From the human T2T-CHM13v2.0 reference genome, Homo sapiens, in the NCBI RefSeq assembly GCF_009914755.1, contig NC_060934.1: a stretch of DNA of 64,000 nucleotides. One strand, 5' to 3'. A model generated the notes under the pieces. The model did not search any database. It was not told the origin of the DNA and was given only the letters and a program-made list of their open reading frames with translations. Shown one piece after another: positions 52,801 through 64,000 of this stretch; positions within the stretch are counted from its first letter, which is position 1; every line of letters starts with the position of its first letter. The position numbers and the translations under genes were made by a program.

Positions 52801-55296
52801 ACCTTTCTTTTCATAGAGCAGTTTGGAAACACTCTATTTGTAAAGTCTGCAAGTAGATATTTGGACCTCTTTGAGGCCTTTGTTGGAAACGGGATTTCTT
52901 CATACAACGCCAGACAGAAGAATTCTCAGTAACTTCTTTGTGTTGTGTGTATTCAACTCACAGATTTGAACCTTTCTTTAGAGAGAGCAGAGTTGAAACA
53001 CTCTGTTTTTGGAATTTGCAAGTGCAGATATCAAGCGATTCTAGGCCTATAGCAGAACAGGAAATATCTTCGTATAAAAACTGCACAGAATCATTCTCAA
53101 CAACTACTTTGTGATGTGTGCGTTCAACTCACAAAGTTTAACCTTCCTTTTCATAGAGCAGTTTGGAAACACTCTGTTTGTAAAGCCTGCAATTGCTTTT
53201 TTGGACTTCATTGAGGCCTTCGTTGGAAACGGGATTTCTTCATATAATGCTAGACAGAAGAATTCTCAGTCACTTCTTTGTGTTGTGTGTATTCAAGTCA
53301 CAGAGTTGAACCTTCCTTTAGACAGAGCAGTTTTGAAAAATTCTTTCTGTGGGGTTTGCAAGTGGAGATTTCAAGCGATTTGAGGCTAATCTTTGAAATG
53401 GAAATATCTTCGTGTAGAAACTACAAAGAATCATTCTCAACAACTACTTTGTGATGTGTGCGTTCAACTCACAAAGTTTAACCTTTCTTTTCATAGAGCA
53501 GTTTGGAAACACGCTGTTTGTAAAGCCTGCAAGTGCTTTTTTGGACTTCATTGAGGCCTTCGTTGGAAACGGGATTTCTTCATATAATGCTAGACAGAAG
53601 AATTCTCAGTAAATCATTTGTGTTGCGTTTATTCAACTCACAGAGTGGAACCTTCCTTTATTCAGAGCACTTTTGAAACACTCTTTTTGTGGAATTTGCA
53701 AGTGGAGATTTCAAGCGATTTGACGCCAATCTTAGACATGGAAATATCTTCATATTAAAAGTACACAGAATCATTCGTAGAAACTAGTTTGTGATGTGTG
53801 CCTTCAACTCACAGAGTTTAACCTTTCTTTTCATAGAGCAGTTCGGAAACACTCTATTTGTAAAGTCTGCAAGTGGATATTTGGACCTCTTTGAGGCCAT
53901 TGTTGGAAAAGGCATTTCTTCATATAACGCTAGACAGAAGAATTTTCAGTAACTTCTTTGTGTTGTGTGTATTCAACTCACAGAGTTCAACTTTTCTTTA
54001 GAGAGAGCAGAGTTGAAACACTCTTTTTGTGGAATTTGCTAGTGCAGATTTCAAACGCTTTGAAGACAGTGATAGCAAAGGATATATCTTCGTATTTAAA
54101 CTAGCCAAAATCATTCTCAGAAAACACTTTGTGATGTGTGTGTTCAACTCACAGAGTTTAACCTTTCTTTAATCGAGCAGTTTGGAAATACACTCTTTGT
54201 AAGTCTGCAGGTGGATAATTGGCCCTCTTTGAGCCCTTCGTTGGAAACGGGATTTCCTCATATAATGCTAGACAGAAGAATTCTCAGTAACTTCTTTGTG
54301 TTGTTTGTATTCAACTCACAGATTTGAACCTTCCTTTAGAGAGAGCAGATTTGAAACACTCTGTTTTTGAAATTTGCAATTGCAGATTTCAAGCGCTTCT
54401 AGGCCTATGGCAGAAAAGGAAATATCTTCGTATAAAAACTACACAGAATCATTCTCAACAACTACTTTGTGATGTGTGCGTTCAACTCACAGAGTTTAAC
54501 CTTTGTTTTCATAGAGCAGTTTGGAAACACTCTGTTTGTAAAGCCTGCAAGTGCTTTTTTGGACTTCATTGAGGCCTTCATTGGAAACGGGATTTCTTCA
54601 TATAATGCTAGACAGAAGAATTCTCAGTCACTTCTTTGTGTTGTGTGTATTCAAGTCACAGAGTTGAACCTTCTTTTAGACAGAGCGGTCTTGAAAAATT
54701 TTTTCTGTGGAATTTGCAAGTGGAGATTTCAAGCGATTTGAGGCTAATCTTTGAAATGGAAATATCTTCGTGTAAAAACTGCACAGAAGCATTCTCAGAA
54801 ACTGCTTTGTTATCTGTGCGTTCAGTTCACAGAGTTTCACCTTTCTCTTCATAGAGCAGTTTGGAAAGACTCTGTCTGTAAAGTCTGCAAGTGATTAGTT
54901 AGACCCCTTTGAGGCCTTCGTTGGAAGCGGGATTTCTCATTTATTGCTAGACAGAAGAATTCTCAGTAAATCCTTTGTGTTGCGTGTATTCAACTCACAG
55001 AGTGGAACCTTCCTTTATTCAGAGCAGTTTTGAAAAACACTTTTTGTGGAATTTGCAAGTGGAGATTTCAAGCGATTTGACGCCAATCTTAGACATGGAA
55101 ATATCTTCATATTAAAAGTACACAGAGTCATTCGTAGAAACTAGTTTGTGATGTGTGCCTTCAACTCACAGAGTTTAACCTTTCTTTTCATAGAGCAGTT
55201 TGGAAACACTCTATTTGTAAAGTCTGCAAGTGGATATTTGGACCTCTTTGAGGCCTTCGTTGGAAACGGGATTTCTTCATACAACGCCAGACAGAA

Positions 55297-58200
55297 GAAT
55301 TCTCAGTAACTTCTTTGTGTTGTGTGTATTCAACTCACAGAGTTGAACCTTCCTTTAGAGAGAGCAGAGTTGAAACACTCTGTTTTTGGAATTTGCAAGT
55401 GCAGATTTCAAGCGATTCTAGGCCTATGGCAGAAAAGGAAATATCTTCGTATAAAAACTACACAGAATCATTCTCAACAACTACTTTGTGATGTGTGCGT
55501 TCAACTCACAGAGTTTAACCTTTCTTTTCATAGAGCAGTTTGGAAACACTCTGTTTGTAAAGCCTGCAAGTGCTTTTTTGGACTTCATTGAGGCCTTCGT
55601 TGGAAACGGGATTTCTTCATATAATGCTAGACAGAAGAATTCTCAGTCACTTCTTTGTGTTGTGTGTATTCAAGTCACAGAGTTGAACCTTCCTTTAGAC
55701 AGAGCAGTTTTGAAAAATTCTTTCTGTGGAGTTTGCAAGTGGAGATTTCAAGCGATTTGAGGCTAATCTTTGAAATGGAAATATCTTCGTGTAAAAACTA
55801 CACAGAATCATTCTCAGAAACTGCTTTGTCATCTGTGCGTTCAGTTCACAGAGTTTCACCTTTCTCTTCATAGAGCAGTTTGGAAAGACTCTGTCTGTAA
55901 AGTCTGCAAGTGATTAGTTAGACCCCTTTGAGGCCTTCGTTGGAAGTGGGATTTCTCATTTACTGCTAGACAGAAGAATTCTCAGTAAATCCTTTGTGTT
56001 GTGTGTATTCAACTCACAGAGTGGAACCTTCCTTTATTCAGAGCAGTTTTCAAACACTCTTTTTGTGGAATTTGCAAGTGGAGATTTCAAGCGATTTGAC
56101 GCCAATCTTAGACATGGAAATATCTTCATATTAAAAGTACACAGAGTCATTCGTAGAAACTAGTTTGTGATGTGTGCCTTCAACTCACAGAGTTTAACCT
56201 TTCTTTTCATAGAGCAGTTGGGAAACACTCTATTTGTAAAGTCTGCAAGTGGATATTTGGACCTCTTTGAGGCCTTCGTTGGAAACGGGATTTCTTCATA
56301 TAACGCTAGACAGAAGAATTCTCAGTAACTTCTTTGTGTTGTGTGTATTCAACTCACAGAGTTGAACCTTTCTTTAGAGGGAGCAGAGGTGAAACAGTCT
56401 TTTTGTGGAATTTGCTAGTGTAGATTTCAAACGCTTCGAAGTCAGTGATAGAAAAGGATATATCTTCGTATTAAAAGTAGACAAAATCATTCTCAGAAAA
56501 CTCTTTGTGATGTGTGTGTTCAACTCAGAGAGTTTAACCTTTCTTTAATCGATCAGTTTGGAAATACACTCTTTGTAAGTCTGCAGGTGGATATTTGGCC
56601 CTCTTTGAGCCCTTCTTTCGAAACGGGATTTCCTCTTATAATGCTAGACAGAAGAATTCTCAGTAACTTCTCTGTGTTGTTTGTATTCAACTCACAGATT
56701 TGAACCTTCCTTTAGAGAGAGCAGATTTGAAACACTCTGTTTTTGGAATTTGCAAGTGCAGATTTCAAGCACTTCTAGGCCTATGGCAGAAAAGGAAATA
56801 TCTTCGTATAAAAACTACACAGAATCATTCTCAACAACTACTTTGTGATGTGTGCGTTCAACTCACAGAGTTTAACCTTTCTTTTCATAGAGCAGTTTGG
56901 AAACACTCTGTTTGTAAAGCCTGCAAGTGCTTTTTTGGACTTCATTGAGGCCTTCGTTGGAAACGGGATTTCTTCATACAACGCTAGACAGAAGAATTCT
57001 CAGTAACTTCTTTGTGTTGTGTGTATTCAACTCACAGAGTTGAACCTTTCTTTAGAGAGAGCAGAGTTGAAACACTCTGTTTTTGGAATTTGCAAGTGCA
57101 GATTTCAAGCGATTCTAGGCCTATGGCAGAAAAGGTAATATCTTCGTATAAAAACTACACAGAATCATTCTCAACAACTACTTTGTGATGTGTGCGTTCA
57201 ACTCACAGAGTTTAACCTTTCTTTTCATAGAGCAGTTTGGAAACACTCTGTTTGTAAAGCCTGCAAGTGCTTTTTTGGACTTCATTGAGGCCTTCGTTGG
57301 AAACGGGATTTCTTCATATAATGCTAGACAGAAGAATTCTCAGTCACTTCTTTGTGTTGTGTGTATTCAAGTCACAGAGTTGAACCTTCCTTTAGACAGA
57401 GCAGTTTTGAAAAATTCTTTCTGTGGAGTTTGCAAGTGGAGATTTCAAGCGATTTGAGGCTAATCTTTGAAATGGAAATATCTTCGTGTAAAAACTACAC
57501 AGAATCATTCTCAGAAACTGCTTTGTCATCTGTGCGTTCAGTTCACAGAGTTTCACCTTTCTCTTCATAGAGCAGTTTGGAAAGACTCTGTCTGTAAAGT
57601 CTGCAAGTGATTAGTTAGACCCCTTTGAGGCCTTCGTTGGAAGTGGGATTTCTCATTTACTGCTAGACAGAAGAATTCTCAGTAAATCCTTTGTGTTGTG
57701 TGTATTCAACTCACAGAGTGGAACCTTCCTTTATTCAGAGCAGTTTTGAAAAACACTTTTTGTGGAATTTGCAAGTGGAGATTTCAAGCGATTTGACGCC
57801 AATCTTAGACATGGAAATATCTTCATATTAAAAGTACACAGAGTCATTCGTAGAAACTAGTTTGTGATGTGTGCCTTCAACTCACAGAGTTTAACCTTTC
57901 TTTTCATAGAGCAGTTTGGAAACACTCTATTTGTAAAGTCTGCAAGTGGATATTTGGACCTCTTTGAGGCCTTCGTTGGAAACGGGATTTCTTCATACAA
58001 CGCTAGACAGAAGAATTCTCAGTAACTTCTTTGTGTTGTGTGTATTCAACTCACAGAGTTGAACCTTTCTTTAGAGAGAGCAGAGTTGAAACACTCTGTT
58101 TTTGGAATTTGCAAGCGCAGATTTCAAGCGATTCTAGGCCTATGGCAGAAAAGGAAATATCTTCGTATAAAAACTACACAGAATCATTCTCAACAACTAC

Positions 58201-60728
58201 TTTGTGATGTGTGCGTTCAACTCACAGAGTTTAACCTTTCTTTTCATAGAGCAGTTTGGAAACACTCTATTTGTAAAGCCTGCAAGTGCTTTTTTGGACT
58301 TCATTGAGGCCTTCGTTGGAAACGGGATTTCTTCATATAATGCTAGACAGAAGAATTCTCAGTCACTTCTTTGTGTTGTGTGTATTCAAGTCACAGAGTT
58401 GAAACTTCCTTTAGACAGAGCAGTTTTGAAAAATTCTTTCTGTGGAATTTGCAAGTGGAGATTTCAAGCGATTTGAGGCTAATCTTTGAAATGGAAATAT
58501 CTTCGTGTAAAAACTACACAGAATCATTCTCAGAAACTGCTTTGTCATCTGTGCGTTCAGTTCACAGAGTTTCACCTTTCTCTTCATAGAGCAGTTTGGA
58601 AAGACTCTGTCTCTAAAGTCTGCAAGTGATTAGTTAGACCCCTTTGAGGCCTTCGTTGGAAGTGGGATTTCTCATTTACTGCTAGACAGAAGAATTCTCA
58701 GTAAATCCTTTGTGTTGTGTGTATTCAACTCACAGAGTGGAACCTTCCTTTATTCAGAGCAGTTTTGAAACACTCTTTTTGTGGAATTTGCAAGTGGAGA
58801 TTTCAAGCGATTTGACGCCAATCTTAGACATGGAAATATCTTCATATTAAAAGTACACAGAGTCATTCGTAGAAACTAGTTTGTGATGTGTGCCTTCAAC
58901 TCACAGAGTTTAACCTTTCTTTTCATAGAGCAGTTGGGAAACACTCTATTTGTAAAGTCTGCAAGTGAATATTTGGACCTCTTTGAGGCCTTCGTTGGAA
59001 ACGGGATTTCTTCATATAACGCTAGACAGAAGAATTCTCAGTAACTTCTTTGTGTTGTGTGTATTCAACTCACAGAGTTGAACCTTTCTTTAGAGGGAGC
59101 AGAGGTGAAACAGTCTTTTTGTGGAATTTGCTAGTGTAGATTTCAAACGCTTCGAAGTCAGTGATAGAAAAGGATATATCTTCGTATTAAGAGTAGACAA
59201 AATCATTCTCAGAAAACTCTTTGTGATGTGTGTGTTCAACTCACAGAGTTTAACCTTTCTTTAATCGAGCAGTTTGGAAATACACTCTATGTAAGTCTGC
59301 AGGTGGATATTTGGCCCTCTTTGAGCCCTTCTTTGGAAACGGGATTTCCTCTTATAATGCTAGACAGAAGAATTCTTAGTAACTTCTCTGTGTTGTTTGT
59401 ATTCAACACACAGATTTGAACCTTCCTTTAGAGAGAGCAGATTTGAAACACTCTGTTTTTGGAATTTGCAAGTGCAGATTTCAAGCACTTCTAGGCCTAT
59501 GGCAGAAAAGGAAATATCTTCGTATAAAAACTACACAGAATCATTCTCAACAACTACTTTGTGATGTGTGCGTTCAACTCACAGAGTTTAACCTTTCTTT
59601 TCATAGAGCAGTTTGGAAACACTCTGTTTGTAAAGCCTGCAAGTGCTTTTTTGGACTTCATTGAGGCCTTCGTTGGAAACGGGATTTCTTCATACAACGC
59701 TAGACAGAAGAATTCTCAGTAACTTCTTTGTGTTGTGTGTATTCAACTCACAGAGTTGAACCTTTCTTTAGAGAGAGCAGAGTTGAAACACTCTGTTTTT
59801 GGAATTTGCAAGTGCAGATTTCAAGCGATTCTAGGCCTATGGCAGAAAAGGAAATATCTTCGTATAAAAACTACACAGAATCATTCTCAACAACTACTTT
59901 GTGATGTGTGCGTTCAACTCACAGAGTTTAACCTTTCTTTTCATAGAGCAGTTTGGAAACACTCTGTTTGTAAAGCCTGCAAGTGCTTTTTTGGACTTCA
60001 TTGAGGCCTTCGTTGGAAACGGGATTTCTTCATATAATGCTAGACAGAAGAATTCTCAGTCACTTCTTTGTGTTGTGTGTATTCAAGTCACAGAGTTGAA
60101 CCTTCCTTTAGATAGAGCAGTTTTGAAAAACTCTTTCTGTGGAGTTTGCAAGTGGAGATTTGAAGCGATTTGAGGTTAATCTTTGAAATGGAAATATCTT
60201 CATGTAAAAACTACACAGAATCATTCTCAGAAACTGCTTTGTCATCTGTGCGTTCAGTTCACAGAGTTTCACCTTTCTCTTCATAGAGCAGTTTGGAAAG
60301 ACTCCGTCTGTGAAGTCTGCAAGTGATTAGTTAGACCCCTTTGAGGCCTTCGTTGGAAGCGGGATTTCTCATTTACTGCTAGACAGAAGAATTCTCAGTA
60401 AATCCTTTGTGTTGTGTGTATTCAACTCACAGAGTGGAACCTTCCTTTATTCAGAGCAGTTTTCAAAAACACTTTTTGTGGAATTTGCAAGTGGAGATTT
60501 CAAGCGATTTGACGCCAATCTTAGACATGGAAATACCTTCATATTAAAAGTACACAGAGTCATTCGTAGAAACTAGTTTGTGATGTGTGCCTTCAACTCA
60601 CTGAGTTTAACCTTTCTTTTCATAGAGCAGTTTGGAAACACTCTGTTTGTAAAGTCTGCAAGTGGATATTTGGACCTCTTTGAGGCCTTCGTTGGAAACG
60701 GGATATCTTCATACAACGCTAGACAGAA
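55297..60728 (+). repeat. Two tandem 16-mer units (A'-B-C-D-A-A'-B-C, 2716 bp)
   Basis: The ORF track repeats at +2716 (55322/58038, 56512/59228). Both A dimers share the private SNP caagcActtct. Confidence 0.82.
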
Positions 60729-63700
60729 GAATTCTCAGTAACTTCTTTGTGTTGTGTGTATTCAACTCACAGAGTTGAACCTTTCTTTAGAGAGAGCAGA
60801 GTTGAAACACTCTGTTTTTGGAATTTGCAAGTGCAGATATCAAGCGATTCTAGGCCTATGGCAGAAAAGGAAATATCTTCGTATAAAAACTACACAGAAT
60901 CATTCTCAACAACTACTTTGTGATGTGTGCGTTCAACTCACAAAGTTTAACCTTTCTTTTCATACAGCAGTTTGGAAACACTCTGTTTGTAAATCCTGCA
61001 ATTGCTTTTTTGGACTTCATTGAGGCCTTCGTTGGAAAGGGGATTTCTTCATATAATGCTAGACAGAAGAATTCTCAGTAAATCCTTTGTGTTGTGTGTA
61101 TTCAACTCACAGAGTGGAACCTTCCTTTATTCAGAGCAGTTTTGAAACACTCTTCTTGTGGAATTTGCAAGTGGAGATTTCAAGCGATTTGACGCCAATC
61201 TTAGACATGGAAATATCTTCATATTAAAAGTACACAGAGTCATTCGTAGAAACTAGATTGTGATGTGTGCCTTCAACTCACAGAGTTTAACCTTTCTTTT
61301 CATAGAGCAGTTCGGAAACACTCTATTTGTAAAGTCTGCAAGTGGATATTTGGACCTCTTTGAGGCCTTCGTTGGAAACGGGATTTCTTCATATAAAGCT
61401 AGACAGAAGAATTTTCAGTAACTTCTTTGTGTTGTGTGTATTCAACTCACAGAGTTGAACCTTTCTTTAGAGAGAGCAGAGTTGAAACACTCTTTTTGTG
61501 GAATTTGCTAGTGCAGATTTCAAACGCTTCGAAGACAGTGATAGCAAAGGATATACCTTCGTATTAAAACTAGACAAAATCATTCTCAGAAAACACTTTG
61601 TGATGTGTGTGTTCAACTCACAGAGTTTAACCTTTCTTTAATCGAGCAGTTTGGAAATACACTCTTTGTAAGTCTGCAGGTGGATAATTGGCCCTCTTTG
61701 AGCCCTTCGTTGGAAACGGGATTTCCTCATATAATGCTAGACAGAAGAATTCTCAGTAACTTCTTTGTGTTGTTTGTATTCAACTCACAGATTTGAACCT
61801 TCCTTTAGAGAGGGCAGATTTGAAACACTCTGTTTTTGGAATTTGCAAGTGCAGATTTCAAGCGCTTCTAGGCCTATGGCAGAAAAGGAAATATCTTCGT
61901 ATAAAAACTACACAGAATCATTCTCAACAACTACTTTGTGATGTGTGCGTTCAACTCACAGAGTTTAACCTTTCTTTTCATAGAGCAGTTTGGAAACACT
62001 CTGTTTGTAAAGCCTGCAAGTGCTTTTTTGGACTTCATTGAGGCCTTCGTTGGAAACGGGATTTCTTCATATAATGCAAGACGGAAGAATTCTCAGTCAC
62101 TTCTTTGTGTTGTGTGTATTCAAGTCACAGAGTTGAACCTTCCTTTAGACAGAGTAGTTTTGAAAAATTCTTTCTGTGGAGTTTGCAAGTGGAGATTTCA
62201 AGCGATTTGAGGCTAATCTTTGAAATGGAAATATCTTCGTGTAAAAACTACACAGAAGCATTCTCAGAAACTGCTTTGTCATCTGTGCGTTCAGTTCACA
62301 GAATTTCACCTTTCTCTTCATAGAGCAGTTTGGAAAGACTCTGTCTTTAAAGTCTGCAAGTGATTAGTTAGACCCCTTTGAGGCCTTCGTTGGAAGCGGG
62401 ATTTCTCATTTACTGCTAGACAGAAGAATTCTCAGTAAATCCTTTGTGTTGTGTGTATTCAACTCACAGAGTGGAACCTTCCTTTATTCAGAGCAGTTTT
62501 GAAAAACACTTTTTGTGGAATTTGCAAGTGGAGATTTCAAGCGATTTGACGCCAATCTTAGACATGGAAATATCTTCATATTAAAAGTACACAGAGTCAT
62601 TCGTAGAAACTGGTTTGTGATGTGTGCCTTCAACTCACAGAGTTTAACCTTTCTTTTCATAGAGCAGTTTGGAAACACTCTATTTGTAAAGTCTGCAAGT
62701 GGATATTTGGACCTCTTTGAGGCCTTCGTTGGAAACGGGATTTCTTCATATAACGCTAGACAGAAGAATTCTCAGTAACTTCATTGTGTTGTGTGTATTC
62801 AACTCACCGAGTTGAACCTTTCTTTAGAGAGAGCAGAGTTGAAACACTCTTCTTGTGGAATTTGCTAGTGCAGATTTCAAACGCTTCGAAGACAGTGATA
62901 GAAAAGGATATATCTTCGTATTAAAACTAGACAAAATCATTCTCAGAAAACACTTTGTGATGTGTGTGTTCAACTCACAGAGTTTAACCTTTCTTTAATC
63001 GAGCAGTTTGGAAATACACTCTTTGTAAGTCTGCAGGTGGATAATTGGCCCTCTTTGAGCCCTTCGTTGGAAACGGGATTTCCTCATATAATGCTAGACA
63101 GAAGAATTCTCAGTAACTTCTTTGTGTTGTTTGTATTCAACTCACAGATTTGAACCTTCCTTTAGAGAGAGCAGATTTGAAACACTCTGTTTTTGGAATT
63201 TGCAAGTGCAGATTTCAAGCGCTTCTAGGCCTATGGCAGAAAAGGAAATATCTTCGTATAAAAACTACACAGAATCATTCTCCACAACTACTTTGTGATG
63301 TGTGCGTTCAACTCACAGAGTTTAACCTTTCTTTTCTTAGAGCAGTTTGGAAACACTCTGTTTGTAAAGCCTGCAAGTGCTTTTTTGGACTTCATTGAGG
63401 CCTTCGTTGGAAACGGGAGTTCTTCATATAATGCTAGACAGAAGAATTCTCAGTCACTTCTTTGTGTTGTGTGTATTCAAGTCACAGAGGTGAACCTTCT
63501 TTTAGACAGAGCAGTTTTGAAAAATTCTTTCTGTGGAATTTGCAATTGGAGATTTTAAGCGATTTGAGGCTAATCTTTGAAATGGAAATATCTTCGTGTC
63601 AAAACTACACAGAATCATTCTCAGAAACTGCTTTGTTATCTGTCCGTTCAGTTCAGAGAGTTTCACCTTTCTCTTCATAGAGCAGTTTGGAAAGACTCTG

Positions 63701-64000
63701 TCTGTAAAGTCTGCAAGTGATTAGTTAGACCCCTTTGAGGCCTTCGTTGGAAGCGGGATTTCTCATTTACTGCTAGACAGAAGAATTCTCAGTAAATCCT
63801 TTGTGTTGTGTGTATTCAACTCACAGAGTGGAACCTTCCTTTATTCAGAGCAGTTTTGAAAAACACTTTTTGTGGAATTTGCAAGTGGAGATTTCAAGCG
63901 ATTTGACGCCAATCTTAGACATGGAAAAATCTTCATATTAAAAGTACACAGAGTCATTCGTAGAAACTAGTTTGTGATGTGTGCCTTCAACTCACAGAGT

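Larger units (their letters stand above)
1..64000 (+). repeat. Alpha-satellite higher-order repeat array, dimeric SF1 type, centromeric
   Basis: Continuous ~169-171-bp monomers match the alphoid consensus (CATTCTCAGAAACT..TTTGTGATGTGTG..TTCAACTCACAGAGTT.AACCTTTCTTTTCATAGAGCAGTTTGGAAACACTC). An EcoRI GAATTC site recurs every 338-340 bp and a CENP-B box sits in alternate monomers. All copies are in the same orientation. Confidence 0.99.
1..64000 (+). other. Probable human chromosome 10 active centromeric array D10Z1 (8-mer base HOR with 6/10/12/14/16/18-mer variants)
   Basis: SF1 dimeric array with a 1357-bp 8-mer base unit and abundant 6+8 composite variants. This is inference from recalled knowledge of SF1 arrays. 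Another SF1 8-mer array such as D12Z3 cannot be excluded without alignment. Confidence 0.62.

Noticed and set aside
343-63680. Roughly 190 short ORFs (63-98 aa), Cys/Phe/Leu-rich, recurring in near-identical families
   Set aside because: They are translations of alpha-satellite monomers. They overlap in several frames, mostly use non-ATG starts, recur at the HOR period, and appear or vanish with single SNPs. There is no evidence of coding function.
1-64000. CRISPR-like regular repeat/spacer pattern
   Set aside because: The apparent spacers are themselves repeated, the period is 170/340 bp, and there are no cas genes. This is eukaryotic satellite DNA.
1-64000. Transposon insertion (L1/Alu), inversion or unique island
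   Set aside because: Dimer-by-dimer reading found no non-alphoid sequence, poly(A) tail or strand switch. All EcoRI-position spacings are 335-340 bp except the single 511-bp unit.

Overview
The whole 64 kb is one uninterrupted, single-orientation array of primate (most likely human) centromeric alpha-satellite DNA. It holds about 377 monomers of ~171 bp arranged as ~340-bp EcoRI dimers, with a CENP-B box in every second monomer, which is the suprachromosomal family 1 (SF1) pattern. I see no genes, transposons or unique DNA; every ORF in the track is a repeat-derived artefact. Reading from the EcoRI sites, I resolved four base dimers, which I label A (340 bp), B (339), C (340) and D (338), plus a recurrent D/A chimeric dimer A'. 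The base higher-order repeat (HOR) is ABCD (8-mer, 1357 bp). This best fits the chromosome 10 active array D10Z1, but that assignment is from memory and not checked. HOR structure is very variable: successive D-to-D units contain 14,14,12,10,8,10,14,10,4,10,10,8,10x6,16,12,8,12,8,18,19,8,12,20,14,16,14,8 monomers. Four observations stand out. (1) One out-of-register single-monomer deletion at ~46.5 kb breaks dimer parity. (2) A pair of CENP-B boxes is repeatedly lost in one HOR lineage through several different mutations. (3) There are nested 20-mer super-HORs and local tandem duplications. (4) Private SNP haplotypes are shared over 43-60 kb. I found no novel coding system; the interest here is structural and evolutionary.
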